A stretch of DNA of 64,000 nucleotides from an uncultured Bacillota bacterium (GTDB taxonomy: Bacteria > Sysuimicrobiota > Sysuimicrobiia > Sysuimicrobiales > Segetimicrobiaceae), in the NCBI GenBank assembly GCA_963804645.1, contig CAWDRG010000002.1, positions 128,001 through 192,000 on the forward strand, written 5' to 3'. Under the pieces are notes generated by a model. It saw nothing but the letters and a program-made list of their open reading frames with translations. It made no database searches and had not been told where the DNA came from. Positions 49,787-59,779 of the stretch are shown here, piece after piece. Position 1 is the first letter of the stretch, and each line of letters starts with the position of its first letter. A program made the position numbers and the translations under genes.

Positions 49787-50230
49787 TCAGCGCGGGGCTT
49801 CGAGCTCTCCCCGCAGCGCGGTGAGCATGCCGTCCAGGTTTTCCTTCATCTTGATGCGCAGCAGCTGGCTCAAGAGCCCGCCGATGAGGGGAATGCCGAA
49901 CTCGAACTCCACCACGATCGCGGTGCGCGTGCCGTCGCCCTCGGGAAGAAACGACCACTCGCCCTCGTAGCGTTCGAAGTCCCCGTCGCGCTGCCGGAAC
50001 CGGCAGACGTGCCGGGCGTCGTCCCACGCGTCCTCCTCGATCCAGTGGATCCGGCGTCCCTCTACCAGGCCGACCCACTCGGTGGCCGTGGGGACATCGC
50101 CCGCGCGCTCAAGCACGGTCACCCGCTCGAGGTCAGGCATGAACCGCGGAAAATCCTCGACCCGCTTGGCCACCGCGTACACCGCGTCGAGCGGTGCGCG
50201 GATGACCGTGGACGCCTCAACGCGTGCCAT
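49787..50230 (-). CDS. SRPBCC / polyketide cyclase-like (START fold) protein
   Basis: I.APL..VY.V...VE.FP.FMP, W.E.D.W, GDF..YEG.W.F. Confidence 0.8.
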   Translation of the reverse strand: MARVEASTVIRAPLDAVYAVAKRVEDFPRFMPDLERVTVLERAGDVPTATEWVGLVEGRRIHWIEEDAWDDARHVCRFRQRDGDFERYEGEWSFLPEGDGTRTAIVVEFEFGIPLIGGLLSQLLRIKMKENLDGMLTALRGELEAPR

Positions 50231-50256
50231 CCGTGTGTGTCCCCCCGCTGCGCGGC

Positions 50257-51231
50257 TCACGTATGCAGCTCGAGAATGTCGCCGTCCGAGAGCACGTGCT
50301 CGCGCTGGACCATCTGGCCCTCAAACGTCTGCGCGCCCCAGATGCGCGCGTACTTCAGCCGCTCCGCAAAGTCCTTGTGGACGGCGGCCGACGCGTCCTG
50401 CACCGTGGCACCCTGCGGCAGGACGAACGGGACCGCGCGGTCCGCGCGTCGTCCCGGCGCCTTCGTGTACACTCGGATGACGCGGAGGAGTTCGAACAGC
50501 GCGCGCGGCAGCGCGTCCACCCCCTCGCCAGTCTCGGCCGAGACCGCGAGGATCGGGAACCGTTCCCCGTAGACCTCACGCACGATCTCGAGGCGACCGG
50601 CCGCCCCCTCGGCGTCGGCCTTGGTCGCGACCAGAATCGTGGGCACGATGCCCTCCCCCGCCCCGAGCTGTCCGAGCTGCACGCGGGACCGGGCCGTGAT
50701 CTCGAGCGTCGCCTCGAGCGCGGAGAGCACGTCGTCGTCGCCCAGGTCGGCGATCAGGAGCGCTCCGTTCGCCTGGCGGATCAACGCGAACAGCCAGGGT
50801 TCCTCGGTCTCCGGGGCGATCGGGGGCAGGTCGAGCAGCTGGACCTGGACGTCCTCGAACGGCACCATGCCGGGCAGCGGGGCGCGCGTGGAGAATGGAT
50901 ACGCGGCGACGACCGGGCTCGCATGGGTGAGGGCCGCGAGCAGGCGCGACTTCCCGGTGTTGGGCGCCCCGACCAGCACGACCTGGCCCGCGCCCTCGCG
51001 CGGGACGTGATGCCACGTCGGCCCCTTCGCGCTCGCGGTCTTCTGGCGGGCGGCCTCCGTGCGCACCTTCGCCATGCGGCGGCGGATGTCGGCCCGCATG
51101 TGCTCGGTGCCCTTGTGCTTGGGGATCGTGGCCATCATCTCCTCGAGGGCCGCGAGCTGCTCCTCGGGGGTGGTGGCCTGCCGGTACCGGCGGTCGGCCT
51201 CGAGATACTGGGGTGTCAGGTTTGCTGGCAT
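50257..51231 (-). CDS. OBG-superfamily DRG-like GTPase with C-terminal TGS domain
   Basis: MPANLTPQY...IPKHKGTE; G1 GAPNTGKS, G2 YPFST, G3 DLPP, G4 TKAD, G5 VSA; IRVYTK...VHKD...YARIWG...H.L.DGDI.ELH. Confidence 0.88.
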   Translation of the reverse strand: MPANLTPQYLEADRRYRQATTPEEQLAALEEMMATIPKHKGTEHMRADIRRRMAKVRTEAARQKTASAKGPTWHHVPREGAGQVVLVGAPNTGKSRLLAALTHASPVVAAYPFSTRAPLPGMVPFEDVQVQLLDLPPIAPETEEPWLFALIRQANGALLIADLGDDDVLSALEATLEITARSRVQLGQLGAGEGIVPTILVATKADAEGAAGRLEIVREVYGERFPILAVSAETGEGVDALPRALFELLRVIRVYTKAPGRRADRAVPFVLPQGATVQDASAAVHKDFAERLKYARIWGAQTFEGQMVQREHVLSDGDILELHT

Positions 51232-51376
51232 AGGGTACGCGCCTATTGTAACAGAGCCCGCCGATGCAGGAAACGGCGCGTGTTGGTCCAAGTAGGGTCG
51301 GACAGCCGGGACGGTGAGCGTGGGGGGACGCCGCCCGGCGAGCAGGCCTCACCATGCAGTGAGGGAGGGATCATCG

Positions 51377-52606
51377 ATGAAGCGATGGGCAGGACGATGT
51401 GCAGTGGTGGCGACGGCGCTCCTCCTGATCACGGCGGGGATCCAAGGGACCGCCGCCCCGCAGGACACGAGCCACGTGATCCGGCTCGGAGCGGCGATCT
51501 CCAATACCGGCAGCCTGGCGGGGGCCGGCAAGCTTACGGTGGACGGCTACAACTTCGCCGTCGACTGGATCAACGCGCACGGCGGGGTGAAGATCAACGG
51601 CGTAGTCTACACGATCGCCCCGATCAAGTACTACGACGACGAGAGCAAGCCCGCCGAGTCCGCCGCGCTGGTCGAGAAGCTCGTGACCCAGGACCACATC
51701 AACCTGATCCTCGGGCCGTACTCGTCCGACAACACGATCGCGGCGGCGGCGATCAGCAGCAAGCTCGGCGCGGTCATGATGGCCGACGAGGGCGTCGCGA
51801 AGGTCATCTGGACGTCCGGCAACAAGGGCGTGATCGGCCCGATCATGTACGACTACCAGTACATGTATCCAATCATCGACGCGCTGCTCGCGAAGCAGAC
51901 CGGCATCAAGACCGTGGTCGTGACGCACGCCGACGACTCGTTCAGCGTCGGCGTGGCCGAGGGCGTCGTCGCGTACATGAAGGAGAGGGGCATCCAGGTG
52001 CTCGGGGACTTCCAGTACCCGTCCGCGACGACGGACGTCTCCTCGATCATCGCCCAGGTCAAGCCGCTGAACGCGGATGTCCTGCTGAGCTCCGGCCACA
52101 TCACTGACGCGATCCTGATCACCAAGCAGGCGAAGCAGAACGGCCTCAACTTCAAGGCGCTGGCCTTCACGGTGGCGCCGCCCACGCCCGACTTTGTCAA
52201 AGCGCTCGGCAAGGACGCCGAGTACGTGATCGGCCCTGCGCCGTGGGTCCCGCAGGAAAACTTCACGGACCCGTACTTCGGGAATACCGCGAAGTATGTG
52301 GCCGGGTTCAAGGAGAAGTACAAGTACGACCCGGACTACCATGTGGGGGACGCCTCGGAAGGCGTCGAGCTGCTGATCGAAGGGATCGCGAAGGCCGGCA
52401 GCACCGATCCCGCCAAGGTCGGCCCGGCCTTCCTCAACACCACCTACGCGACCATCGCCGGGTTTGTCGCCTTCGATAACAACTGGCACGAGAACAATCA
52501 GCTCGGCTCCGCGATCCAGATCCAGAACGGCGTGCCCGTGCCGATCTGGCCGATCAAGTACCTCAACAACTTCAAGTTCCCCACGCCCAGCTGGGCGCAG
52601 CGCTGA
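51377..52606 (+). CDS. LIV-family (HAAT) ABC substrate-binding protein
   Basis: Signal peptide; IRLGA.IS.TG, IN..GG, YYDDES, ILGPYSS. Confidence 0.88.
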   Translation: MKRWAGRCAVVATALLLITAGIQGTAAPQDTSHVIRLGAAISNTGSLAGAGKLTVDGYNFAVDWINAHGGVKINGVVYTIAPIKYYDDESKPAESAALVEKLVTQDHINLILGPYSSDNTIAAAAISSKLGAVMMADEGVAKVIWTSGNKGVIGPIMYDYQYMYPIIDALLAKQTGIKTVVVTHADDSFSVGVAEGVVAYMKERGIQVLGDFQYPSATTDVSSIIAQVKPLNADVLLSSGHITDAILITKQAKQNGLNFKALAFTVAPPTPDFVKALGKDAEYVIGPAPWVPQENFTDPYFGNTAKYVAGFKEKYKYDPDYHVGDASEGVELLIEGIAKAGSTDPAKVGPAFLNTTYATIAGFVAFDNNWHENNQLGSAIQIQNGVPVPIWPIKYLNNFKFPTPSWAQR

Positions 52607-52720
52607 TTCGGCGCCGAGACTTGAGCGTCCGGCTTCCGGGGCGTTCGCCGCACGACGGCGGCGGACGCCCCCGGGCCGGGCGCGTGCGCGGTGCGCGGCA
52701 GGGCCCGTAGCACACGGACG

Positions 52721-53590
52721 ATGGGGATCTGGCCTCAGATCGTCATCAACGGCCTCCTGCTCGGGGGGGTGTACGCCCTCAGCGCGCTCGCGTTCTCGCT
52801 GGAGTGGGGGATCCTCAACATCGTCAACCTGGCGCACGGGTCGTTCATCATGCTCGGCGCCTACATCACCTGGATGCTGCTGACGTCCCCGCTGCACCTC
52901 GACCCGCTGCTCAGCATTCCGATCGACTTCGCGATCCTCGCCGTCCTCGGGTTCCTGATGCAGCGGTACCTGCTCAACCGGGTGATGCGCGGCCCGTTCT
53001 TCCTGACGCTGCTCCTGACGTTCGGCATCGACTACGTCCTCGTCAACATCGGGATCCTCTTGTGGACCGCGGACCCGCAGTCCGTCAGCGTGTCGTACAG
53101 CGCGGTGAGCCTCGCGATCGGCGCGCTGACGATCCCGTACACGCGGATCGCCGTGGTCGCGGCGGCCGTCATTCTGACCGTGGCGCTCGCGCGGTTCATG
53201 CACCGCACCCGGTTGGGCCGCGCGATCAACGCCACGGGCATGGATCTGGACGCGGCCAGCCTCATGGGCGTCCGGCTCCCGATCGTGTTCGCGCTGACGA
53301 TGGGCCTCGGCTGCGGCCTCGCGGGGATCGCCGGCGCACTATACAGCATCAACTTCCCCTTCGATCCCCAGATCGGCGGGAGCCTGACGCTCCGGGCGTT
53401 TGTCGTGACGTGCCTCGGCGGCCTCGGCAACGTGTACGGCCCCCTTCTCGGCGGGCTCGTCCTCGGCATGGTGGAGTCGGTCGCGTCCGTGCTCATCGGT
53501 TCCGGGGCCGTCGACGCCGCCGCCTTCGTCATGCTCGTGCTCATCTTGGCGCTCCGCCCGCGCGGGATCGGGGGCCGCGCGACCGCGTGA
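52721..53590 (+). CDS. LIV-type ABC permease (LivH-like)
   Basis: NGLLLGGVYAL, VNLAHG, TRLGRAI.A, LGGLG. Confidence 0.9.
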   Translation: MGIWPQIVINGLLLGGVYALSALAFSLEWGILNIVNLAHGSFIMLGAYITWMLLTSPLHLDPLLSIPIDFAILAVLGFLMQRYLLNRVMRGPFFLTLLLTFGIDYVLVNIGILLWTADPQSVSVSYSAVSLAIGALTIPYTRIAVVAAAVILTVALARFMHRTRLGRAINATGMDLDAASLMGVRLPIVFALTMGLGCGLAGIAGALYSINFPFDPQIGGSLTLRAFVVTCLGGLGNVYGPLLGGLVLGMVESVASVLIGSGAVDAAAFVMLVLILALRPRGIGGRATA

Positions 53591-54606
53591 GCCTGCCCGC
53601 GAGATCGCCCGCGGACGTGCTGGCTCCGGCGGCCGGCACGGTGAGCCGGGCTCGGCGCTCGGGCGCGCTGCGCGTCGCGCTGCCGCTCGTGTTCGGGATC
53701 GCGGTCCTCGCGACCCCGCTCGCCGCCTCCGGCTATCCCCTTCGGGAAGCCACCACCATCCTGATGTACATGGCGCTCGCGCTGTCCTGGAACCTGATCG
53801 GCGGGCTGTGCGGCTACCCGTCCGTCGGGCAGGTGGCGTTTTTCGGCATCGGGGCGTACGTGACGGCCGCGATGGTGGTGCACCTACACTGGACGTTTTT
53901 CGCGGCGCTCGGGGCTTCGGCGCTCGCCGCGTTCGCGTTCGCCGCGATCATCGGGCCGATCATCCTGCGGCTGAACGGGCACTACTTCGCGATCGCCACG
54001 CTCGGGACGGCGCAGGCGCTCGGCCAGATCGTCATCATGGTCCCGTTCGTCGGCGGCCCGAACGGCATCATTCTCCAGTTGCCGTTCACGGACGTCCATA
54101 TTTACTATCTGATGGCCGGCGCGGTGGGGCTGGGGCTCCTCATCACCTACGTGATCCTCCGGGGCTCATGGGGCTATGCCTGCCGGATGATCAGGCAGGA
54201 CGAGCACGCCGCGGCGGCGTGCGGCGTCAACGCCACGTTCTACAAGACCGCCTGCTGGGGGCTGTCCGCCGTCGTGGCCGCCGTCGTCGGCAGCGTGTAC
54301 GCGGTGTGGATCACCTTCCTCAATCCCCCGTCCGTGTTCGACCCGCTGTTCAGCCTCACGATGGTGGTGCTCACGATGGTCGGCGGTGCGGGGTCCCTGT
54401 GGGGACCGGTCATCGGCGCGTTTCTCGTCGAGATCGTCGATCAGTATCTGTGGGCGAATCTCCTGACCGCGCACACCATGTTTCTCGGCCTCGTCATCGT
54501 CGTGATTGTCTTGTTCCTGCCGCGCGGCATCTGGCCGTACCTGACGGGACAGCAGGGGCTGTCATGGCGCTCGCTGTTCGCGGGCACCCGGCAGTACCGC
54601 ATATGA
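53587..54606 (+). CDS. LIV-type ABC permease (LivM-like)
   Basis: [38 protein letters not shown]. Confidence 0.9.
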   Translation: MSLPARSPADVLAPAAGTVSRARRSGALRVALPLVFGIAVLATPLAASGYPLREATTILMYMALALSWNLIGGLCGYPSVGQVAFFGIGAYVTAAMVVHLHWTFFAALGASALAAFAFAAIIGPIILRLNGHYFAIATLGTAQALGQIVIMVPFVGGPNGIILQLPFTDVHIYYLMAGAVGLGLLITYVILRGSWGYACRMIRQDEHAAAACGVNATFYKTACWGLSAVVAAVVGSVYAVWITFLNPPSVFDPLFSLTMVVLTMVGGAGSLWGPVIGAFLVEIVDQYLWANLLTAHTMFLGLVIVVIVLFLPRGIWPYLTGQQGLSWRSLFAGTRQYRI

Positions 54607-55406
54607 GCGCGGCGCTGCGGCTCGAGAGCGTGTCCAAGTCCTTCGGCGGCCTGCGGGCCGTCCACGAGGTGTCGCTGGAACTCAATGACGGCGAGATCCT
54701 CGGGCTGATCGGCCCGAACGGCGCGGGGAAGACCACGCTGATGAACCTGATCGCCGGTGCGTACCGGCCAACGGCCGGACGCATCTTCTTGGGCGACCGC
54801 GAAGTCACCGGCCGGCCGCCGTTCGTGATCGTGCACATGGGGATCGCCCGGACGTTTCAGATCGTGCGCGTCTTCAAGGAAATGACCGTACGCGAGAACG
54901 TGCTCGTGGGCGCGCTGTTCGGCGGGCGCACCGACCGCGGCGCCGCCTCGGAGCGGGCCGACGAGGTGCTGGAGTTCGTCGGGCTGCGCGGACTCGCGCA
55001 CCGGACGACCGGCGACATCGGTCTGGCGGAGCAGAAGCGCGTCCAGCTCGCGCGCGCGCTCGCAATCCGGCCGTCCGTGCTGCTGCTGGACGAGGCGATG
55101 GCGGGCCTGAATCCCGGCGAGATCGAGGCGGCGCTCGAGCTCGTGCGCGCCGTGCACCGTAGCGGAGTCTCCCTCATCGTCATCGAGCACCTGATGAAGG
55201 TCGTGATGGGCCTCTCGCACCGGATCGTCGTCATGCACCACGGACGGCTCCTCGCGCAGGGCAGCCCGGCGGACGTGGTGAACGACCGGCAGGTCGTCGC
55301 CGCGTACTTTGGGGAGCACTACTCGCGCCGCCGGGAGGCGGGGGTCTCGCGGGCGGCGCGGGCGCCCGAACCGTCCGCCGGGAGGGACGGCGATCGCCCT
55401 TCTTGA
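54603..55406 (+). CDS. LIV-type ABC ATPase (LivG-like)
   Basis: [35 protein letters not shown]. Confidence 0.9.
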   Translation: MSAALRLESVSKSFGGLRAVHEVSLELNDGEILGLIGPNGAGKTTLMNLIAGAYRPTAGRIFLGDREVTGRPPFVIVHMGIARTFQIVRVFKEMTVRENVLVGALFGGRTDRGAASERADEVLEFVGLRGLAHRTTGDIGLAEQKRVQLARALAIRPSVLLLDEAMAGLNPGEIEAALELVRAVHRSGVSLIVIEHLMKVVMGLSHRIVVMHHGRLLAQGSPADVVNDRQVVAAYFGEHYSRRREAGVSRAARAPEPSAGRDGDRPS

Positions 55407-56100
55407 GATCCGGGACCTCACGGCCGGCTACGGGGCGATCCAGGTCCTGTGGGACGTGACCATGGATGTCGACCGCGGCGAAATCGTGACGCTGCTCGGC
55501 AACAACGGGGCCGGCAAGACCACGACGATGCTCGCGCTCACCGGCTTGGTGCCACGCTGGGGCGGTACGATCTCGCTTGCCGGCCAAGCCATTGGAGGAC
55601 TCCAGCCCCCGGACGTCACCGGACGCGGGCTGACGCTCGTCCCGCAGGGACGGCGGCTGTTCGGTTCGATGACCGTGGAAGAGAATCTGCTGATGGGTGC
55701 GTACCTCCGGCGCGACGACGGCATCCCGGCGACGCTCGCGCACATCTACGAGATCCTGCCCCGGCTGCAGGAGCGGCGGCGGCAGCTGGCCGGCACCCTC
55801 TCCGGGGGCGAGCAGCAGATGTGCGCGATCGGACGGGCGTTGATGTCCCAGCCGAAAGTGCTCTGCATCGACGAGCTGTCGTTTGGGCTCTCTCCGCTCG
55901 TCACTGCGGCGATGCTGGATGTGCTGGTGCAGATCCGCGGCGAGGGCGTGAGCGTGCTGCTGGTCGAACAGGACGTCGAGAACGCCCTTGCCGTCGCGGA
56001 CCGGGCGTACGTGATGGACGGCGGCCGCATCGCGCTGTCCGGGACGGCGGAGGCCGTCTACGACGACCCGGGCGTGCGCGCCGCCTACATGGGGCTGTAG
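55393..56100 (+). CDS. LIV-type ABC ATPase (LivF-like); apparent start is ATC
   Basis: [41 protein letters not shown]. Confidence 0.88.
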   Translation: MALLEIRDLTAGYGAIQVLWDVTMDVDRGEIVTLLGNNGAGKTTTMLALTGLVPRWGGTISLAGQAIGGLQPPDVTGRGLTLVPQGRRLFGSMTVEENLLMGAYLRRDDGIPATLAHIYEILPRLQERRRQLAGTLSGGEQQMCAIGRALMSQPKVLCIDELSFGLSPLVTAAMLDVLVQIRGEGVSVLLVEQDVENALAVADRAYVMDGGRIALSGTAEAVYDDPGVRAAYMGL

Positions 56101-56134
56101 GCACGGCCGACCGTCTCGTCAAGAAGGGATCCGC

Positions 56135-56893
56135 ATGAACGACGACACCCGTCGCCTCAATCGGGCGCGCTTCACCGACACCGCGTCGGACTACGCGGCC
56201 AGCCGCGCGGCCGCGCGCGCCGCGCAGGTGCAGGCCCTCTGGGATCTCGCGTCTCCGCTGCCGGACGACCGGGTCCTGGATGTCGCGTGCGGGCCCGGGG
56301 CGCTGCTCGCCACGCTCGCGCCCCGCGTGCGGCACGCGGCAGGCTTGGATCTCACCCCCGCGATGCTCGCGCTCGCGCGGAGCGCCGCGCCCGGCGCGTG
56401 GCTCGTGTGCGGGGCCGCCGAGCGGCTGCCGTTCGACGATGACGCGTTCTCGCTGGTCGTGTGCACCTGGGCGTTTCATCATTTCGCCGCCCCGCCGCGG
56501 GTCCTGTCGGAGATGGCGCGCGTCTGCGTACCGGGCGGCCGGGTGGCGGTTGGGGATCTGATCGGGTCCGAGGATGACGCCGTGCGGGCACGCCAAAATG
56601 AGATTGAGCGGCTTCGGGACCCCGCGCACGTGGCGCTCAACAGCGCCAGCGGCCTGGCCGGCCTGCTGGGGAGCGTCGGGATCTCCGTGAGCGCCAAGAC
56701 CGACGGGGACGAGTTGCGGGACCTCGACGAATGGTGCCGCATGTCCAGGACACCGCCGGATGTGACGGCCCGCGTCCGCGCGATGCTCACGGACACGATC
56801 CCCGGGGACCTCGCGGGCATGACCCCGACCCTCGCCGGCGGGCGGCTCCGGTTCGTGCACCGCTGGGTGATGCTGATCGGCCGCAAGGTCTGA
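56135..56893 (+). CDS. Class I SAM-dependent methyltransferase
   Basis: VLDVACGPG, GLDLTPAML, AE.LPF.D..F.LV, AFHHF, RDPAH. Confidence 0.88.
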   Translation: MNDDTRRLNRARFTDTASDYAASRAAARAAQVQALWDLASPLPDDRVLDVACGPGALLATLAPRVRHAAGLDLTPAMLALARSAAPGAWLVCGAAERLPFDDDAFSLVVCTWAFHHFAAPPRVLSEMARVCVPGGRVAVGDLIGSEDDAVRARQNEIERLRDPAHVALNSASGLAGLLGSVGISVSAKTDGDELRDLDEWCRMSRTPPDVTARVRAMLTDTIPGDLAGMTPTLAGGRLRFVHRWVMLIGRKV

Positions 56894-56977
56894 CGGTCCC
56901 GCCCCGCGACCAGCGCCCTCGCGAGGGACCGGGACCGATTCGACCGACTCGCCAGCTCTCCGCCGCGCCCCGCCGCG

Positions 56978-58849
56978 TTATCGGTGGGCGCCGTCTCCGT
57001 CGCGCTGCGGCGTGCCGCGGGAGCGCAATCCCACGTCTCCCCCCTCCGCCTCGTCGTCGGCCCAGACGACCACCGCCTCGGGCGGGATCGTGAGCCGCAG
57101 CCGGGCGCCCGCCGCCACAGCCGCCGTGGTCCGCAGCCTCAGGTCGATCCCCGCGTTCAGCGACACGAGCGCTTCCCGGATGCCGCCGAGTTCGACGACG
57201 TCCTGCACGACGGCCGGTACGGTCCCGTCGGCGGTGATCTGGACGTCCTCCGGGCGGACGCACCAGGTCACCCGCTGTCCCGGGCGGAGCGCGCCGCGCG
57301 ACACCGCGAGCACGACCGAGGACGTCTCGATGAGGCCGGGCGCGAGCGCGCGCCCCGCGTGCACGTTCGGGATGCCGAGGAGCCGTGCGATCTCGGGCGA
57401 GGCGGGGTGGCCGAACACCGTGGCGACCGGCCCGGCCTGCAGAAACCTCCCGTTCGCGATGACCAGGATCTCGTCCGCCAGAAACGCCGCATCCGACGGA
57501 TCGTGGGTGACCAGCAGCGACGCCAGGCCCGTATCGCGCTGCAGCGCGCGGACATCCCGGAGCACCGCGTGACGGGTCGGGGCGTCCAGCGAGGAGAACG
57601 GCTCGTCGAGCAGGACCCACCGCGGGTTCACGGCCAGCGCCCGCCCGAGCGCGACCCGCTGCCGCTGCCCGGTGGAAAGACGCGACGGCAGGCGGTGCTC
57701 GAGCCCCTCGAGCCCCAGACGATCGAGCCAGTACCGCGCGACCCCGGGGTCGGTGCCGACGCCGAACGTGAGATGCTGCCACACGGTGAGGTGGGGAAAC
57801 AACCCATGCTCCTGCGGTGCGTATCCGAGGTGCCGCGCCTCCGCGGGCACGGCGTCGAGCGCCTTCCCGTCAAACTGGATCGTGCCGCCGTCCGGGCGGT
57901 CGAGCCCGGCCAGCAGCCTGAGCGTGACGGTCTTCCCCGACCCGGAGGGACCGACGATCGCGATGCGCCGCACGGCGGCCGTGTACGCCACGTCCAGGGA
58001 AAAACTTCCGAGGCGCTTGCGGAGCTCAAACCGGAGCGGCGGCGCGGCGGGCGCGGCAGGGTGCGCCGCGGGCCTGCGCGACGCCGGCAGCGGATGCGCC
58101 TGGAGCCGGGGCCGGGGGCGCCACTGGTTCAGCAGCAGAAAGAGGAGCGCGACGAGAACCGCCAGCAGCACCGGCGCGAGGGTGGTCGCGAGGCCGGTGC
58201 TGCCAAACTGCACGTACGTGAACACGGGCAGCGAGTACGGGTGGTAGGCGACCATCGCGGTCGCGCCGAACTCGCCGAACGCACGGACCCACGCGAGCAG
58301 GAGGCCCGAGCGAATGCCGGGCCACGCGACCGGCAGGCTGATCCGCCAGAAGCGCGCCCACCGGCCGTGTCCGAGCGTGGCGGCGACGCCCTCAAGCGCA
58401 CGGTCCACGCCGGCGAAGGACGAGCGCCCGGCGACCACCAAAAACGGCGACGCGACGAACGTCTGGGCCAGGACGATGCCGGCCAGCGAGTCGGTCAGAT
58501 GCCCGCCCGCCAGCCGCCCGATCAGCGTGTAGGGGCCGACGAGAAATAGAAGCAGAATGCCCGCGGCGAGCGGCGGCATCGCGAGCGGCAGTTGGACGAC
58601 CGCGCCGAGGAGCCCGATCGCACGGCCCTGGCCGTGCGCGAGCACGTACGCGAGCGGGATCCCCGCGATCGCGATGAGCGCACACGAGATCGTGGCCGCG
58701 CCCGCCGACACCTCCAGCGCGCCGAACAGCCCGGGCGATTGGAGGCCCCCCACCCCGGAGATCCCGAGCTGCACGACGAGCGCGCACAGCGGCGCCACCA
58801 AGTACAGCGCCAGCAGGCCGCCGAGCCACGGCAGCGGGCTCCGGCTCAT
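56978..58849 (-). CDS. Fused molybdate/tungstate ABC permease + ATPase + TOBE (ModB-ModC fusion)
   Basis: LPLAMPP..AG, FVASPF, AATLG, RAFGEFGAT, then GPSGSGKT, LSTGQRQRV, LDEPFS, VTHD in one frame. Confidence 0.88.
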   Translation of the reverse strand: MSRSPLPWLGGLLALYLVAPLCALVVQLGISGVGGLQSPGLFGALEVSAGAATISCALIAIAGIPLAYVLAHGQGRAIGLLGAVVQLPLAMPPLAAGILLLFLVGPYTLIGRLAGGHLTDSLAGIVLAQTFVASPFLVVAGRSSFAGVDRALEGVAATLGHGRWARFWRISLPVAWPGIRSGLLLAWVRAFGEFGATAMVAYHPYSLPVFTYVQFGSTGLATTLAPVLLAVLVALLFLLLNQWRPRPRLQAHPLPASRRPAAHPAAPAAPPLRFELRKRLGSFSLDVAYTAAVRRIAIVGPSGSGKTVTLRLLAGLDRPDGGTIQFDGKALDAVPAEARHLGYAPQEHGLFPHLTVWQHLTFGVGTDPGVARYWLDRLGLEGLEHRLPSRLSTGQRQRVALGRALAVNPRWVLLDEPFSSLDAPTRHAVLRDVRALQRDTGLASLLVTHDPSDAAFLADEILVIANGRFLQAGPVATVFGHPASPEIARLLGIPNVHAGRALAPGLIETSSVVLAVSRGALRPGQRVTWCVRPEDVQITADGTVPAVVQDVVELGGIREALVSLNAGIDLRLRTTAAVAAGARLRLTIPPEAVVVWADDEAEGGDVGLRSRGTPQRDGDGAHR

Positions 58850-58850
58850 G

Positions 58851-59741
58851 CTACTGAACGAGCTTCCGGAGCGCCGCGGGGATCGCGGAGGAATCGCCCG
58901 CGAGCTTCGGGATGAGCACCGTCAGCCCGCTCTGCGCCAGGAGGCGCTTCCCCTGCGGGCCGAGCAGAAACTGGACGAACGCGGCCGCGCCGTCCGGATT
59001 CGGCGCGTTCTGCAGCACGGTCACCGTAAACTCGGCGTTGAGATCGATCGCCGCGGGCGGTACGATCACCGGGATGTGAGTCTGGACCGCTTCCATCGAA
59101 TAGAAGAATCCGGCATCGAGCTGTCCCGCTTCCAGGCGTCCGACCAGGGTCTCCTCGGGGAACACCTGTGCCGGGTTGTCGTCCGGCCCGAGGACCCGCA
59201 TCGCCAGGTCCGGCTGATGATAGTAGGCCGCCGCCTTCTGCATGAACTGGATCGTGAGCGCCCCCTTCGGGTCGAGCTTCGGGTCGGTCCGGCCGAGCCG
59301 GAAGCCCGGTCGGGTCATGACCCCGTACCACGCGCTGGACTTGAGGTCGGCCGCGAACGCACTCTGTGGATTATAGCCGATCACAAGCGGCGCCGTGGCG
59401 AAGCTCGTGTACCAGCGGACCCAGTCGCCGTTCGCCTGCCCCATGAGGGTGTCGTTCACGGATGGGACCGCGCTGATGAAGACGTCGCCCTGCCTGAGCT
59501 TCCCTTTGATCTGATTCGCGACGGCACCCGACCCCGCGCCGTACCCCTGGTACTGATAGCCGCTCGCGGATGAGAACGCCGGTCCCATCGCGTGCTCCAT
59601 GATATTCACCAGCGACCCGGCGTAGAGGACCGAGACCGGCCCCCCCGTGGCGCCCGCGGGCGCCTCGGCGATCCCGTCCCCGGCCGCCAGCCCCAGCACC
59701 AGCACGAGCGCCCACACCCGAATGACCCGAGACCACTGCAT
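58851..59741 (-). CDS. Molybdate/tungstate ABC substrate-binding protein (ModA/WtpA-like)
   Basis: Signal peptide; VLYAGSL, GAGS, DVFISA, GRTDP.LDPKG, GQLDAGFFY. Confidence 0.85.
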   Translation of the reverse strand: MQWSRVIRVWALVLVLGLAAGDGIAEAPAGATGGPVSVLYAGSLVNIMEHAMGPAFSSASGYQYQGYGAGSGAVANQIKGKLRQGDVFISAVPSVNDTLMGQANGDWVRWYTSFATAPLVIGYNPQSAFAADLKSSAWYGVMTRPGFRLGRTDPKLDPKGALTIQFMQKAAAYYHQPDLAMRVLGPDDNPAQVFPEETLVGRLEAGQLDAGFFYSMEAVQTHIPVIVPPAAIDLNAEFTVTVLQNAPNPDGAAAFVQFLLGPQGKRLLAQSGLTVLIPKLAGDSSAIPAALRKLVQ

Positions 59742-59779
59742 CGCTGCTCCCTCCGTCTGCGAGGTGCCGCGCACGCCGC

